Assembly: GCA_035293685.1 (NCBI GenBank)
Contig: DATGMJ010000130.1
Location: 1-41,129, forward strand
Length of the DNA stretch: 41,129 nucleotides
Source of the DNA: Chloroflexota bacterium
GTDB lineage: Bacteria; Chloroflexota; UBA6077; FW602-bin22; CADDYW01
Direction: 5' to 3'
Under the pieces are notes generated by a model that worked only from the letters and a program-made list of their open reading frames with translations, was not told the origin of the DNA and made no database searches. Positions 1 through 9,931 of this stretch are shown piece by piece. The stretch's first letter is position 1, and each line of letters starts with the position of its first letter. The translations under genes and the position numbers were made by a program.

Positions 1-837
1 GATCTCGCCGGGCGTGTGCGTCCCGATCCTTACCTCGGGCTCTGCAGTTGGCATCAGCCGGAACCGGATGATGGTCGCCAGAGCGATGAGGCCAAAGATG
101 GCAATAAGCGCCTCGCTCAGGAGGGACGCCGTCAGCGGCGCGCGGGCCAGGATCCGGTTGAGCGCCAAGGGGCTGAGATCAACCAGCGCATGGGCGGCCA
201 CTGCGAACCAGAGCCAGCGGGACTGGCGGCGTTGGAAGACCTGGAGCACGATGACTGACAGGGCGACCTGGACCGGGAGTGTCCAGAGACGCTCCCAGGC
301 GCCAAGCAGGGGAAACCAGACCGGCTGCGCATTCAAGACCGCGATCTGCCGGGTAATCTCCACCCGGGCTGCGGGGGGAAGCGTGGACAGGTCGGTCTGG
401 CCGAGCACGAGCAGATTGACCAGCGATGCCGCCGCAAGAAGCGCCGTAAACCAGCACTCGAGGCCGCCGTGACCGATACCGTACATAACGGCCCGGGGCC
501 AGGACTTCGCCTCGCGGCCCATGAGCCAGCGATAACCGACGTAGCGGCCAATCTCCTCGAAGAGGCCGGCGCTGATCGCGAGCGCAAGCAGCCATCCCCA
601 GAGCAGGGACGGCGACCGGGCTAGGGCAGGGGCGATCCCAAGCTGGATAACCTGAACCGCCGGGATCCGGGTAATCAGTTGGAAGAGGAAGAAGATCAAA
701 GCGCCGTAGCCAACATAGCGCCAGCTCACACGGAGGTAGCTGTGGGCCCAGACGGCTGTCACGATTGGATAGATGATCATGAACAGCACGTTGAGCAGGT
801 CAAACGCCAGCCAGGCAGGGTCTATTCGCAGTACCAC
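1..837 (-). CDS. YhfC/CPBP-like intramembrane metalloprotease (C-terminus lies beyond the left window edge)
   Basis: Absent from the ORF track because there is no stop in the window. My minus-strand translation starts at GTG 837, with a GAGAGAGGA SD upstream and an in-frame TGA at 843-841. It gives an open multi-TM protein reading to position 1: MVLRIDPAWLAF...GLFEEIGRYVGYRW...YGIGHGGLECWF...AAHALVDL. The EExxR and GHGG-E motifs fit YhfC (DUF2324)/CPBP-type proteases. Confidence 0.6.
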   Translation of the reverse strand, partial: MVLRIDPAWLAFDLLNVLFMIIYPIVTAVWAHSYLRVSWRYVGYGALIFFLFQLITRIPAVQVIQLGIAPALARSPSLLWGWLLALAISAGLFEEIGRYVGYRWLMGREAKSWPRAVMYGIGHGGLECWFTALLAAASLVNLLVLGQTDLSTLPPAARVEITRQIAVLNAQPVWFPLLGAWERLWTLPVQVALSVIVLQVFQRRQSRWLWFAVAAHALVDLSPLALNRILARAPLTASLLSEALIAIFGLIALATIIRFRLMPTAEPEVRIGTHTPGEI

Positions 838-1061
838 CAGTCAGTCCTCTCTCGCCAGGCGCCTGCTGCATTGCCCGAGAATGCCCCTGCTCCCCCGAAC
901 CCGGCCTGGCGGAAGCCTGTCGCCGATCTACCTCACCCACCGGGACAGCGGGGACGAGGGGAAGGGGTTTTCTGCCGAGAGGATACCACGCCGCCCGTGC
1001 GAGCGATAGCGCTTTGCCAACACCGCCGCAGCAGCACCGCGCGAAGAGGTCGACCAGTCTC

Positions 1062-1137
1062 TGGTGGGCAATGAGGGACTCGAACCCCCGACCGCACGGA
1101 TGTAAGCCGTGTGCTCTACCCACTGAGCTAATTGCCC
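1062..1137 (-). tRNA. tRNA-Val (anticodon TAC), CCA encoded
   Basis: The minus strand reads GGGCAAT-TA-GCTC-AGTGGGTA-GAGC-A-CACGG-CTTACAT-CCGTG-CGGTC-GGGGG-TTCGAGT-CCCTC-ATTGCCC-A-CCA. This is a complete 76-nt cloverleaf with a 7-bp acceptor stem and a TTCGAGT T-loop. It lies 23 nt downstream of the glcD-like stop. Confidence 0.9.
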
Positions 1138-1160
1138 GCTCTCATCCTGTGTGTATCATA

Positions 1161-2615
1161 TCAGCTTCCCGGTGAGACGGCAAACCCGGGCGCGCTGTGC
1201 CCGGCATCGATCGCCGGGACCGGCGAGAGCTCCATATCGCCGAGCAGTTTCCCCGGGTTCAGGAGGTTGGCCGGGTCGAGCGTGCGCTTGATCTGCCGCA
1301 TCAACGCCAGGGCGGCGGAATCCACGCTTGCCGGCACAAAGGCCCGCTTGAGCAGGCCGATGCCGTGCTCGCCCGACAGGGTACCGCCGAGGCGGAGGGC
1401 CTCGGCAAAGATCTCCCGGGCTGCCCGGGCCACCCGCTCCATCTCTGCCGTGTCGCGCAGGTCACAGAGGATGTTCGGGTGAAGGTTGCCGTCGCCGATA
1501 TGGCCGAAGAGGGGGATGAGAAGATTGTAGCGCGCGGCAATCTCCTGGACCGCCCGCACCATGGCCGGGATCGCGCTCCGGGGGACCGAGATATCCTCGC
1601 CCAGCTTGTTCGGGCGGATGCGGCCGAACGACGATGACGTCGAGCGACGGGCGCGCCACAGCTGAGCGCTCTCCTCCTCCGAGCTGGCTGGCTTGACGAT
1701 CGTGGCGCCAGCCGAGCGGCATGCCTGGGCGACGGCGTCTAGCTGATCGGGGATGCTTGTCTCGTCGCCGTCTACGTCGATCAGGAGCACGGCTTCGCTC
1801 TCGGTCGGGAGGCCGGTCTGCAGGTACTCCTCGACGCATCGCAAGGTGATCCGGTCCATCATCTCGAGCGCGAGCGGGAGGATCCCCCCGCTGAGGATCA
1901 TACCCACCGCCCGGCCAGCTTCCTCCAGGTGATCGAACGCCGCCATCACCGTTCCCCGGGCGGCTGGCTTTGGCAGGAGCCGGACAGTCACCTCGGAGAT
2001 GACGCCGAGCGTGCCTTCTGATCCGACGAAGAGGCGCAAGAGGTGATGGTCCGGACCCGGCTGGTGGGAACGTCCTCCCAGACGCACCACGTCACCGTCG
2101 GGGAGAACGACCTCCAGGCCGATCACGTAATCCTTCGTCCCGCCATATTTGAGGCACCGCGGCCCGCTCGCGCTGGTCGCCACGTTGCCGCCAATCGTTG
2201 CTTGGTTCAGGCTAGCCGGATCCGGCGGGTAGAACAGGCCGTGGCGCTCGGCCGCGGCCTGGAGTGCCGCATTGATCACACCGGGCTGAACCACGGCAGT
2301 GAGGGAGTGCGCATCGAGGGCCAGAATGCGGTGCATCAGGGTCGTGCTCAGGACGATTCCCCCCGAGCACGGAACCGCGCCGCCTGCGAGGCCCGATCCG
2401 CCGCCGCGTGGGATAACCGGCCTGTGGTGGCGGTGAGCGATCCGCAGGACTGCCGCAATTTCCTCGGTGCTCGTCACCGCGACGACAACGTCCGGCGTCT
2501 GGTCGAGCCAGGTACCGTCATAACCGTGAACCAGTAAGTCTTCCGGCTCGGTCAGGACGCGGCCGCGCGGGATAACCGCGCACAGATCCGCAATGAGGGC
2601 GCGCGAGGCTGGCAC
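1161..2615 (-). CDS. FAD-linked oxidase, GlcD / D-lactate dehydrogenase family
   Basis: 484-aa ORF with a GTG start. It has an FAD_binding_4-type N-terminus (PVIPRGGGSGLAGGAVP) and an FAD-oxidase C-terminal region (GTLSGEHGIGLLKR...LDPANLLNPGK). Confidence 0.85.
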   Translation of the reverse strand: MPASRALIADLCAVIPRGRVLTEPEDLLVHGYDGTWLDQTPDVVVAVTSTEEIAAVLRIAHRHHRPVIPRGGGSGLAGGAVPCSGGIVLSTTLMHRILALDAHSLTAVVQPGVINAALQAAAERHGLFYPPDPASLNQATIGGNVATSASGPRCLKYGGTKDYVIGLEVVLPDGDVVRLGGRSHQPGPDHHLLRLFVGSEGTLGVISEVTVRLLPKPAARGTVMAAFDHLEEAGRAVGMILSGGILPLALEMMDRITLRCVEEYLQTGLPTESEAVLLIDVDGDETSIPDQLDAVAQACRSAGATIVKPASSEEESAQLWRARRSTSSSFGRIRPNKLGEDISVPRSAIPAMVRAVQEIAARYNLLIPLFGHIGDGNLHPNILCDLRDTAEMERVARAAREIFAEALRLGGTLSGEHGIGLLKRAFVPASVDSAALALMRQIKRTLDPANLLNPGKLLGDMELSPVPAIDAGHSAPGFAVSPGS

Positions 2616-2746
2616 CGAACCTGTCCTGATCGCGATCTGGTATGATGGAGATGGTCATTGCCGCGTCCGCGCGGCGCGGCGGCCGACCGCGCGATGGCGA
2701 TTCACGTCAGCGCGCCGGAGAGCTCACGAGCAATAGGAAGCGGGCG

Positions 2747-3460
2747 ATGCAGATTATTCCAGCGATTGACGTGAAAGACGGTCGCTGTGTCCGATTGTAC
2801 CAGGGAGACTACCGCCGTGTCACCGTGTACAGCGATCAGCCCGCCCGGCTTGCTCGGCGCTGGGAGGATGAAGGGGCACGCCTCCTCCACGTCGTGGATC
2901 TCGATGGTGCCTACCACGGCGCACCGCGCAACTTAAAGGCCATTGGCGAGATTATCCGGGCGGTCGAGATTCCGGTCCAGGTCGGAGGCGGACTGCGGAC
3001 GATCGAGGCGATCGCCACCGTGCTGGAGCTCGGGGCCGCACGGGTGGTCCTGGGAACTGCTGCGGTTGAGGATCGGTCGCTGGTCGCGATGGCCGCGGCG
3101 CGCTGGCCCGGGCGGGTAGCGGTGGCGATTGATGCCCGCGGCGGTATTGTCATGACGCGGGGGTGGCAGCAGAGGTCGGAGCGCCCGGCCAAATCAGTGG
3201 CCCGGGATGTTGTGCTCGACGGTGCCTCCTGCCTGATCTACACCGATATCGAGCGCGACGGTACCCTGACCGAGCCGAACTATACCGCGACGGCTGAGAT
3301 CGTCGCCGCTGTGCCGGTTCCGGTGATCGCCTCGGGTGGGGTGGCCAGTATAGAGCACCTGCGCCGCCTCCAGGCAGTGGGCGTCGAGGGCGTTATCGTG
3401 GGACAGGCGCTGTACACTGGCGCGGTCCGACTGGCCGATGCCCTGGCGCTCGATGAGTGA
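2747..3460 (+). CDS. hisA: 1-(5-phosphoribosyl)-5-[(5-phosphoribosylamino)methylideneamino]imidazole-4-carboxamide isomerase
   Basis: [22 protein letters not shown]...VIASGGV...[12 protein letters not shown] 2747 is preceded by an AGGAAG SD. The track ORF start at 2642 would add an Arg-rich 35-aa extension that I reject. Confidence 0.9.
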   Translation: MQIIPAIDVKDGRCVRLYQGDYRRVTVYSDQPARLARRWEDEGARLLHVVDLDGAYHGAPRNLKAIGEIIRAVEIPVQVGGGLRTIEAIATVLELGAARVVLGTAAVEDRSLVAMAAARWPGRVAVAIDARGGIVMTRGWQQRSERPAKSVARDVVLDGASCLIYTDIERDGTLTEPNYTATAEIVAAVPVPVIASGGVASIEHLRRLQAVGVEGVIVGQALYTGAVRLADALALDE

Positions 3461-3536
3461 GCGCGATGGGGGAAGCGGTGAGTGCAGAGGCGTCCTGCCG
3501 CATCCGCATCGGCCGGGGCAACAGACAGGAGGCGGC

Positions 3537-4325
3537 GTGCTGACGCGGCGCATCATCCCGTGTCTCGACGTGACCAACGGCCGGGTAGTCAAGGGGATCG
3601 AGTTTGCTCACCTCCGTGATGCTGGTGATCCGGTCGAGCTGGCCGCCTTCTATGATGCCGAGGGCGCAGATGAGTTGGTTTTTCTTGACATAACTGCGAG
3701 CGCGGATCACCGGGAGACGATGGTGGATGTGGTCGAGCGGACCGCGGAGCAGGTTTTCATCCCGCTGACGGTCGGGGGTGGTATCCGCACGGTCGAGGAT
3801 GTCCGGCGCATGCTCGCGGCGGGAGCTGACAAAGTCGCGATCAATACCGCGGCTGTCGCGACCCCGGATCTGGTACGGCAGGCCGCCGAGCGGTTTGGGA
3901 GCCAGTGTATCGTTGTGGCGATTGATGCCCGTCGAGTGCGCGGTGCTGATCCGCCTCGATGGCTGGTGTACACGCACGGTGGACGGACGCCGACCGATCG
4001 CGATGCTGTCGAGTGGGCCTGTCGGGCGGCCGAGCTCGGGGCAGGGGAGATCCTGCTGACCTCGATGGATGCCGATGGAACCCTCGCCGGTTACGACCTG
4101 GCACTGACAGCGGCTGTCGCGGATGCGGTGTCCATTCCGGTGATCGCCTCGGGCGGTGCGGGCGAGCTCAGCCATCTCTACGATGCCCTGACCGTCGGGA
4201 AGGCGGATGCCGTCCTCGTGGCCTCGATCTTCCACTACGGCCGTTATCGCATCCGCCAGGTGAAAGACTACCTCGCGGAGCGCGGTGTTCCGGTGCGCCG
4301 GGACATGGATCCTGACCAGCCGTGA
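3537..4325 (+). CDS. hisF: Imidazole glycerol phosphate synthase cyclase subunit
   Basis: [20 protein letters not shown]...FLDITAS...PLTVGGGIR...[11 protein letters not shown] 3537 has an AGGAGG SD 5 nt upstream. The track ORF start at 3438 overlaps the hisA end and is rejected. Confidence 0.9.
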   Translation: MLTRRIIPCLDVTNGRVVKGIEFAHLRDAGDPVELAAFYDAEGADELVFLDITASADHRETMVDVVERTAEQVFIPLTVGGGIRTVEDVRRMLAAGADKVAINTAAVATPDLVRQAAERFGSQCIVVAIDARRVRGADPPRWLVYTHGGRTPTDRDAVEWACRAAELGAGEILLTSMDADGTLAGYDLALTAAVADAVSIPVIASGGAGELSHLYDALTVGKADAVLVASIFHYGRYRIRQVKDYLAERGVPVRRDMDPDQP

Positions 4326-4365
4326 TCGCGGTCGGGGACCGGCGTATCCGCGATCGAGGGAGTAG

Positions 4366-5256
4366 TTGTTAGGGGCGATGTACCGACGGAGTGTGATTAC
4401 CGACGAGATCTCCCAGGATCTGGAGGATGTCCTCGCAGTAGCGCAGGCCTTTCATCTCGACGGCCTTGAGATCCGGACTGTCTGGGATACCCGGGTAGAT
4501 CAGCTCGACGCGGCGGCGGTGCGCCGCCTGCGCGAGGCGGTGGAGCGCGCCGGCCTCGTTGTTGCCGCGGTTGCGCCGCCGGTGTACAAGTGCGACATCG
4601 ACAACCCTGAGGAACGGCGGGAGCACCTGGATATCCTCCGCCGCGCGATCGATGTGGGTCTGCGCCTCGGTTCACGCATCGTGCGAACCTTCACTTTCTG
4701 GAAGAAACGACCGCTGGCCGAGGTCTGGGAGACCTTGCTTGAAGCCTATCAGGAGCCGATCGCAATTGCCCGCTCTGCGGAGGTCATCTTAGCGATCGAA
4801 AATGAGTCTTCCTGCACGATCGGCTCGGGTAGCGACCTCGCGCGCTTTCTGGCCGCCCTCGACTGCCCAGAGGCGCGGGCGCTCTGGGATCCTTGCAATG
4901 CCTACTACGAGACTGCCGCTGAGGAGCCTTTCCCCACCGGCTACCATCAGATCCGCGACTATCTCATCCACGTTCACCTGAAGGATGCCGTCCGGGATCC
5001 CGGTGCGGCACGGCCGCGTCTGGTCCCGCTGGGCGAGGGGGCGGTGGCCGTTGCTCCCTTGCTCCAGGCGCTCCGCCAGGATGGATACAGCGGATTTGTC
5101 TCCCTGGAAACGCACTGGCGCCCGACTGCGCTGGACGAGGAGACCGTGCGGCTTCCCGGCGGTCGGGCTTTCTCTGAGCGTGGGGCGGTTGCCACGATTC
5201 GGTGTCTCCAGAACTGGGAGGCGATGGATCAGCGCGACAGCCCAAAGAGCGTATAG
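4366..5256 (+). CDS. Sugar phosphate isomerase/epimerase (xylose isomerase-like TIM barrel)
   Basis: 296-aa ORF with AP_endonuc_2-type features (LDGLEIR..., ILAIENE, HVHLKD, FVSLETH). The start is uncertain: TTG 4366 or ATG 4378. Confidence 0.7.
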   Translation: MLGAMYRRSVITDEISQDLEDVLAVAQAFHLDGLEIRTVWDTRVDQLDAAAVRRLREAVERAGLVVAAVAPPVYKCDIDNPEERREHLDILRRAIDVGLRLGSRIVRTFTFWKKRPLAEVWETLLEAYQEPIAIARSAEVILAIENESSCTIGSGSDLARFLAALDCPEARALWDPCNAYYETAAEEPFPTGYHQIRDYLIHVHLKDAVRDPGAARPRLVPLGEGAVAVAPLLQALRQDGYSGFVSLETHWRPTALDEETVRLPGGRAFSERGAVATIRCLQNWEAMDQRDSPKSV

Positions 5257-5792
5257 CCGGGGCGGGCCAGATCCGCCGGCTCCGCGACGCGCTCGAACCC
5301 ATCGGGACGCGCAAGAGCTGCGCGGATCGCCCATTTGGATAGGCTCTGGACCTTCTCCATCCCGGCGATCTCGGCGGGGGAGAAGAAGCCGACCCCGGTA
5401 ATCTCGTCGCCGTCTGCCCGCGGCTCGCCCTCCAGCGGGGTGAGGCGGAAGATCACATACACGTTGGCGCTCGGCGCGCCCAGGGAGTGACGGAGTCCGA
5501 GGACATTCTCGACGCGCGCCCGGATGCCCGTCTCCTCGTAGACTTCCCGAACCACGGCCTCGTCAATCGACTCGTCGTGCTCGCAATAACCGCCGGGGAT
5601 TTGCCACCAGCCGCGGCGGGGTTCCTGGCCGCGGCGGATTAGGAGAGCACGTCCCTCTCGAATGACCACACCCCCAACGCCGATGCTGAACTCCCCGAAG
5701 AACACGTAGCCACAGCGCGCACAGGCAAGCCGCTCGCGCCCTCCCTCGAAGCGCGGGGTAAGTTCGCTCGCACAGCGCGGACAGAATCGCAT
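5229..5792 (-). CDS. NUDIX hydrolase with N-terminal zinc ribbon
   Basis: CPRC...CARC zinc ribbon followed by a Nudix box (GGYCEHDESIDEAVVREVYEETGI). ATG start with an AAGGAGG SD. Its 3' end overlaps the convergent gene 4366-5256 by 28 nt. Confidence 0.85.
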   Translation of the reverse strand: MRFCPRCASELTPRFEGGRERLACARCGYVFFGEFSIGVGGVVIREGRALLIRRGQEPRRGWWQIPGGYCEHDESIDEAVVREVYEETGIRARVENVLGLRHSLGAPSANVYVIFRLTPLEGEPRADGDEITGVGFFSPAEIAGMEKVQSLSKWAIRAALARPDGFERVAEPADLARPGYTLFGLSR

Positions 5793-5890
5793 GCCTTCCT
5801 CCTTACGGAACGCCTGACGACAGCGCCACGCCGATCGCCCGACCGCGTCTCAGTCGCCATCCGGACTTGCGGCGGTCGCCGGGAGCGCGT

Positions 5891-6631
5891 TCACGGTCGG
5901 AAACCGAGCCCCCGCTCGCGGAGGCTTACGTAGGGCGGCGAGCCCCGGCCGATGATCACGTGATCCAGGACGTCGATATCGAGGAGCCGCCCGGCCTCGA
6001 CGATAGCCCGGGTCACCCGGATATCCTCCGGCGAGGGGGTTGGGTCCCCGGACGGATGATTGTGGACAATTGCAATGGCCGCGCAGTTCTCCCGGATGGC
6101 CGCCTTGAAGATCTCGGCTACCCGGACGGTTGACTGGTTCAGCGTACCCGTATAGAGCGTCCGGATAGACATCACGCGATTCTTCGTATCGAGCAGGAAA
6201 ACCCGAAGCTGTTCCTGCTCGAGCACACTCATATCCAGCCGGACGAGGCGGGCAAGATCCTCCGGGGACTGGATCCGCTCCCGCGTAGCCGATTCCTCGA
6301 GCATGAGCCGCCGCCCCAGCTCGAGCGCCGCCTTGAGCTGGGCCGCCTTCGCCGGTCCGACGCCGTGGTAGAGTGCCAGCTCCTGGGCCGAGACGCGGGC
6401 AAGGCCGGCCAGGCCATTGTACTCCCGGAGCAGGTCCCGAGCGAGGTCGGTCACCATCGTGCCAGGAACACCGGTTCGCAGGAGTATCGCCAGGAGCTCG
6501 GCGGTCGAAAGCGCGGCCGGGCCGCGCTCGAAGAGGCGCTCGCGCGGCCGCTCCGAGGGATCGAGGTCCTTGAGCGTGGGCGGCGCAGTTGCGGCGCCGT
6601 CGTTCCGCCCTCTCCCGTGGGATCCGGGCAT
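5891..6631 (-). CDS. radC: RadC-like JAB-domain protein (UPF0758)
   Basis: N-terminal HhH-like region ([14 protein letters not shown]) and a JAMM motif near the C-terminus ([20 protein letters not shown]). Confidence 0.85.
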   Translation of the reverse strand: MPGSHGRGRNDGAATAPPTLKDLDPSERPRERLFERGPAALSTAELLAILLRTGVPGTMVTDLARDLLREYNGLAGLARVSAQELALYHGVGPAKAAQLKAALELGRRLMLEESATRERIQSPEDLARLVRLDMSVLEQEQLRVFLLDTKNRVMSIRTLYTGTLNQSTVRVAEIFKAAIRENCAAIAIVHNHPSGDPTPSPEDIRVTRAIVEAGRLLDIDVLDHVIIGRGSPPYVSLRERGLGFRP

Positions 6632-6756
6632 GGGAGAGCACTCCTCATCAATCTCGATGAATAATGATCCATCGGCCAGGCTTCAACCGCCGAGCATTCT
6701 AGTCAAGATGCACGTGCGCACGCAACCGGTCGGATTTTGGTCGACGGCCTGCTGGC

Positions 6757-6786
6757 TTGACCTTGAGTGTGCCGGGCTCCTACACT
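6757..6786 (+). promoter_or_regulatory. Candidate sigma-70-type promoter for the MFS gene
   Basis: TTGACC (6757-6762), an 18-nt spacer, then TACACT (6781-6786). It lies 45 nt upstream of ATG 6831. Confidence 0.4.
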
Positions 6787-6830
6787 ACTCAAGGCACCGG
6801 GCGCTTCGTGGGCGAACGCGTGCTGGTCGG

Positions 6831-8120
6831 ATGCGTGGAGAGCACATGCGACTGCCGAGCGGCGATCCGGAGCGCTCCGGATACCGCTGGTCTCTTGCCG
6901 GTACAATTATTGGCAGCTTTTTGGTCCGGATCGCGGGTGCGGCAACCGGCGTTCTCTTGGGTCTCCTGCTGTCTTCGATGCATCGGAGCGGCGTTGCCGG
7001 CTCCTCAGCTGTGGTCGTGGGCGTGCTCATGGCCGCCTTCAACTTCTCCGAGCTGGTTGGGGCGCTGGTGGCCGGTGTACTCATCGATCGGCGAGGCCTT
7101 CGGCCGCTCCTGCTAGCCGGTCCCCTCCTGGGGCTGGCGGCGACCATCCTGTTCGCCATTCCGACGCGCTCGCTCGGTCTGACGTGCGGGCGGCTTCTCC
7201 AGGGGCTCACGACTGCCTGCACCGTCCCGGCGGCGCTGGCCTTTCTCAGCGGTGCGACCACGGAGGGCTCGGCTGGGCGAGGTCGGATCATGGGCTTCTT
7301 CGAAGCCGGATCAATTGGGGGGCTCGCGGTTGGCTACGCGCTAGGGGGCATCCTCTGGGATCGGTTCCGCCGCCAGGCTTTCTGGGGACTTCTCATCATC
7401 TACGCAATTGCCGTCACGCTTTTCCTGTTCGTCCGGACACCGCGCGGTATGGTGTCCCAACGGCCGCCTCGTGCGACCTGGACCGCCCTGCGTCAGACTG
7501 GTGATCTCATGCCGTCCTGGCTTGCTCTCAATGCCGCGGCAGGCCTGTGGTTCGGTCAGGCGGCGTTTCAGCTCTCCGGCGCGAATCCCAGGCCATCCCA
7601 GCTTCTTACCACCGGTCTTTCTGGAAGCACGATTGGCATGATCTTCGCTGTCTACACTGTCCTCTTCGCAGTTGGGACAATCAGTTGGGGATGGCTGATC
7701 GGGCGGGCCTCGGTTGCCACAGCCATGCGGGTCGGGGTTGGCGGGGCGCTGATGACGTCGGTGGCAATCCTGGGGATTAACCACGCGACAAGCTTTGGCG
7801 GCCTGTGGTTCTACATCCCCCTGGGCATCGGGATCGCGGCGGTCGCTGCGGAGACAGCCTTCGCCCCGGCGGCGCTGACCCTGCTGGCCGCTCGATCGGA
7901 CAGCGTCCCGGAAGGGCGGGGTGCGGTGATGGGCGTGTACTCGATGCTCCTCGGGGCCGGTCAGCTTGTGGGGGCCATGCTCGGCGGCCTGGTGGCGATG
8001 CCGCTTGGGGTTGATGGTCTGGTCCTGACTACCGCGATCCTGGCAGTGATCGGATTGATCAGCCTGCCGGCGAACATGGAAACCCGCCCCCGTCCGTCGC
8101 CCGAGTGGCAAGTCTCCTAG
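6831..8120 (+). CDS. MFS transporter
   Basis: About 12 predicted TM stretches and an MFS-like loop (DRRGLRP). The start is ATG 6831 or ATG 6846 (GGAGAG SD). The track ORF start at 6417 runs antisense through radC and is rejected. Confidence 0.8.
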   Translation: MRGEHMRLPSGDPERSGYRWSLAGTIIGSFLVRIAGAATGVLLGLLLSSMHRSGVAGSSAVVVGVLMAAFNFSELVGALVAGVLIDRRGLRPLLLAGPLLGLAATILFAIPTRSLGLTCGRLLQGLTTACTVPAALAFLSGATTEGSAGRGRIMGFFEAGSIGGLAVGYALGGILWDRFRRQAFWGLLIIYAIAVTLFLFVRTPRGMVSQRPPRATWTALRQTGDLMPSWLALNAAAGLWFGQAAFQLSGANPRPSQLLTTGLSGSTIGMIFAVYTVLFAVGTISWGWLIGRASVATAMRVGVGGALMTSVAILGINHATSFGGLWFYIPLGIGIAAVAAETAFAPAALTLLAARSDSVPEGRGAVMGVYSMLLGAGQLVGAMLGGLVAMPLGVDGLVLTTAILAVIGLISLPANMETRPRPSPEWQVS

Positions 8121-8190
8121 CGGCTGTTCTCCGTGACGTGTTCATGGTTCCCGTCGACCTGACCCCACCGCGGGGCCGGGGCGAATCGCT

Positions 8191-8526
8191 TCAGGGCAGG
8201 TATTCCTCGCGCACTGGCGAGAAGATATCGATCGCGACGCTCTCCTCGAGTGCCCGGCAGGCATGGGGGATGTTGCCGGGGATGACGTACGCGTCGCCTG
8301 CGCGGAGGATCGTGACCTGATCGCCAATAGTGAACTCGATCGCGCCGCGGACGACGTAGCCGATCTGCTCATGGGGGTGTGCATGTACGGGCACGACGCC
8401 GCCGCGGGCGAACGTGACCTCGGACAGCAGGGTTCGCTCGCCCCAACCCAGCGTCTTCCGTGACGAGCCTTCGGCGATCGGGACCGGTGCGACATCTTGA
8501 CCGCGCGTGGTCCGGGCTTGGCTCAT
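8191..8526 (-). CDS. Cupin-domain protein
   Basis: Cupin motif 1 ([20 protein letters not shown]) and motif 2 ([14 protein letters not shown]). ATG 8526-8524 overlaps the clpX stop TGA 8525-8523, forming an ATGA junction. Confidence 0.8.
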   Translation of the reverse strand: MSQARTTRGQDVAPVPIAEGSSRKTLGWGERTLLSEVTFARGGVVPVHAHPHEQIGYVVRGAIEFTIGDQVTILRAGDAYVIPGNIPHACRALEESVAIDIFSPVREEYLP

Positions 8527-9812
8527 GCCGACCGCCCCTGGATCTCGATATCCTCGACCGGCCGTCCGGCGTGATTCAGCAAGATCGGGCTCCGTCGGTG
8601 ACGAATCGTATCGGCATTGATCAGGCACTTCTTGACGTCGGTGCGGGAGGGAATCTCGTACATCACGTCAAGCAGGATATCCTCGATGACCGTTCGCAGG
8701 CCGCGTGCGCCGGTCTTGAGTTTCAGTGCTTCCTCAGCTGCGGCCTCGAGGGCATCATTGGTGACCACAAGCTCAACCTTATCCAGGGCAAGGAACTTCT
8801 GATACTGCTTGATCAGGGCGTTCTTGGGCTCGGTCAGGATCTTCATCAGCGCCTCCTTGTTCAGAGGATCGACGCTGACGACGACCGGCAGCCGGCCGAT
8901 AAACTCTGGGATCAGCCCGTACTTCAGCAGGTCATCGGCGATCACCTGCTGGAGGAGTTCGGCGGAATCATCCCGGGTGCTTCCCCGGGACCAGTCTGTC
9001 TTGAAGCCGATGCTCCGCTTGCCCCCGACGCGGTCAGCGACGATCTTGTCGAGTCCCTCGAAGGCACCGCCGCAGATAAACAGGATATTAGTCGTATTGA
9101 TCTGGATGAAATCCTGATGGGGATGCTTGCGCCCGCCCTGGGGGGGGACGTTGGCGATTGTTCCCTCGAGGATCTTGAGCAGAGCCTGCTGAACGCCCTC
9201 GCCGGAGACGTCGCGGGTGATCGACGGGTTGTCGCTTTTTCGGGCGATCTTGTCGATCTCGTCGATGTAGACGATCCCCCGCTCGGCCCGGGACAGGTCA
9301 AACTCAGCGGCCTGGATCAGGCGGAGCAGGATATTCTCCACGTCCTCCCCAACGTAGCCGGCCTCGGTGAGGGCGGTTGCGTCGGCGATGCAGAACGGCA
9401 CATCCAGGATGCGGGCGAGGGTCTGGGCCAGGAGCGTCTTACCACAGCCGGTGGGCCCGATCAACAGGATGTTGGATTTCTGGAGCTCGATGTCGTCAGC
9501 CTGCGCGCCTGCGTTAATGCGCTTGTAGTGATTGTAGACGGCGACGGCCAGGACCTTCTTGGCCCGCTCCTGACCGACCACGTACTGGTTCAGGAGCTCG
9601 ACGATCCGGTGCGGCGTGGGAACCTTGGTCAGCGGTGGCTGACTGCGCGTCGGAGGTGCCTGCTCCTCGTCGATGATCTCGCGGCACAGCTCGACGCATT
9701 CGTCACAGATATAGACCGACCCTGGGCCGGCGATAAGCCGCCGGACGCTCTCCTGTCCCTTCCCGCAGAACGAGCAGTGGTATTGCCCCCGCGGTCCCTT
9801 GGTCGTGGCCAT
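8523..9812 (-). CDS. clpX: ATP-dependent Clp protease ATP-binding subunit ClpX
   Basis: Zinc-binding N-terminus (CSFCGK...CDEC), Walker A (GPTGCGKT) and Walker B (IVYIDEIDK). 429 aa. Confidence 0.97.
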   Translation of the reverse strand: MATTKGPRGQYHCSFCGKGQESVRRLIAGPGSVYICDECVELCREIIDEEQAPPTRSQPPLTKVPTPHRIVELLNQYVVGQERAKKVLAVAVYNHYKRINAGAQADDIELQKSNILLIGPTGCGKTLLAQTLARILDVPFCIADATALTEAGYVGEDVENILLRLIQAAEFDLSRAERGIVYIDEIDKIARKSDNPSITRDVSGEGVQQALLKILEGTIANVPPQGGRKHPHQDFIQINTTNILFICGGAFEGLDKIVADRVGGKRSIGFKTDWSRGSTRDDSAELLQQVIADDLLKYGLIPEFIGRLPVVVSVDPLNKEALMKILTEPKNALIKQYQKFLALDKVELVVTNDALEAAAEEALKLKTGARGLRTVIEDILLDVMYEIPSRTDVKKCLINADTIRHRRSPILLNHAGRPVEDIEIQGRSA

Positions 9813-9889
9813 TCCCCTCTCTTCCCTCGCTGTTTCTACTCACTCGGATCATCGGCGCTCGCGATGGCGCGCATGCTACCTGCGGGATA

Positions 9890-9927
9890 AGTGGATCACG
9901 GCAATCGAACGATCACCGTGATCCACT
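9890..9927 (-). other. Intercistronic stem-loop between clpP and clpX
   Basis: Perfect 12-bp inverted repeat, AGTGGATCACGG (9890-9901) and CCGTGATCCACT (9916-9927), with a 14-nt loop. It starts 4 nt after the clpP stop. No U-tract follows it. Confidence 0.5.
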
Positions 9928-9931
9928 GCGT

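Noticed and set aside
838-1161. tRNA-Val as a possible integration site for a genomic island
   Set aside because: No integrase is present, I noticed no repeat of the tRNA 3' end elsewhere in the window, and the flanking genes are ordinary.
2642-2746. N-terminal extensions implied by track ORF starts: hisA 2642, hisF 3438, MFS 6417, amidohydrolase 14827, parA 16149, leuD 18775, ALDH 20708, DUF1786 30906, ctaF 37611 and ctaG 38218
   Set aside because: In each case an internal start with a good SD coincides with the conserved family N-terminus. The extensions are Arg-rich and overlap neighbouring genes.
2747-4325. hisA-hisF adjacent without hisH or other his genes
   Set aside because: Dispersed his genes are common outside Enterobacteria, and there is nothing unusual in the sequences themselves.
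5229-5256. Convergent 3'-end gene overlaps: TIM-barrel/NUDIX by 28 nt, and AbrB/leuD by 7 nt at 17756-17762
   Set aside because: Short convergent overlaps are frequent in compact high-GC genomes and do not by themselves indicate regulation.
8460-9890. 476-aa plus-strand ORF spanning the whole of clpX in antisense
   Set aside because: It exactly shadows a gene with unmistakable ClpX motifs. Its composition is D/L/G/R-rich and it has no recognisable domain. This is a typical high-GC antisense open frame.
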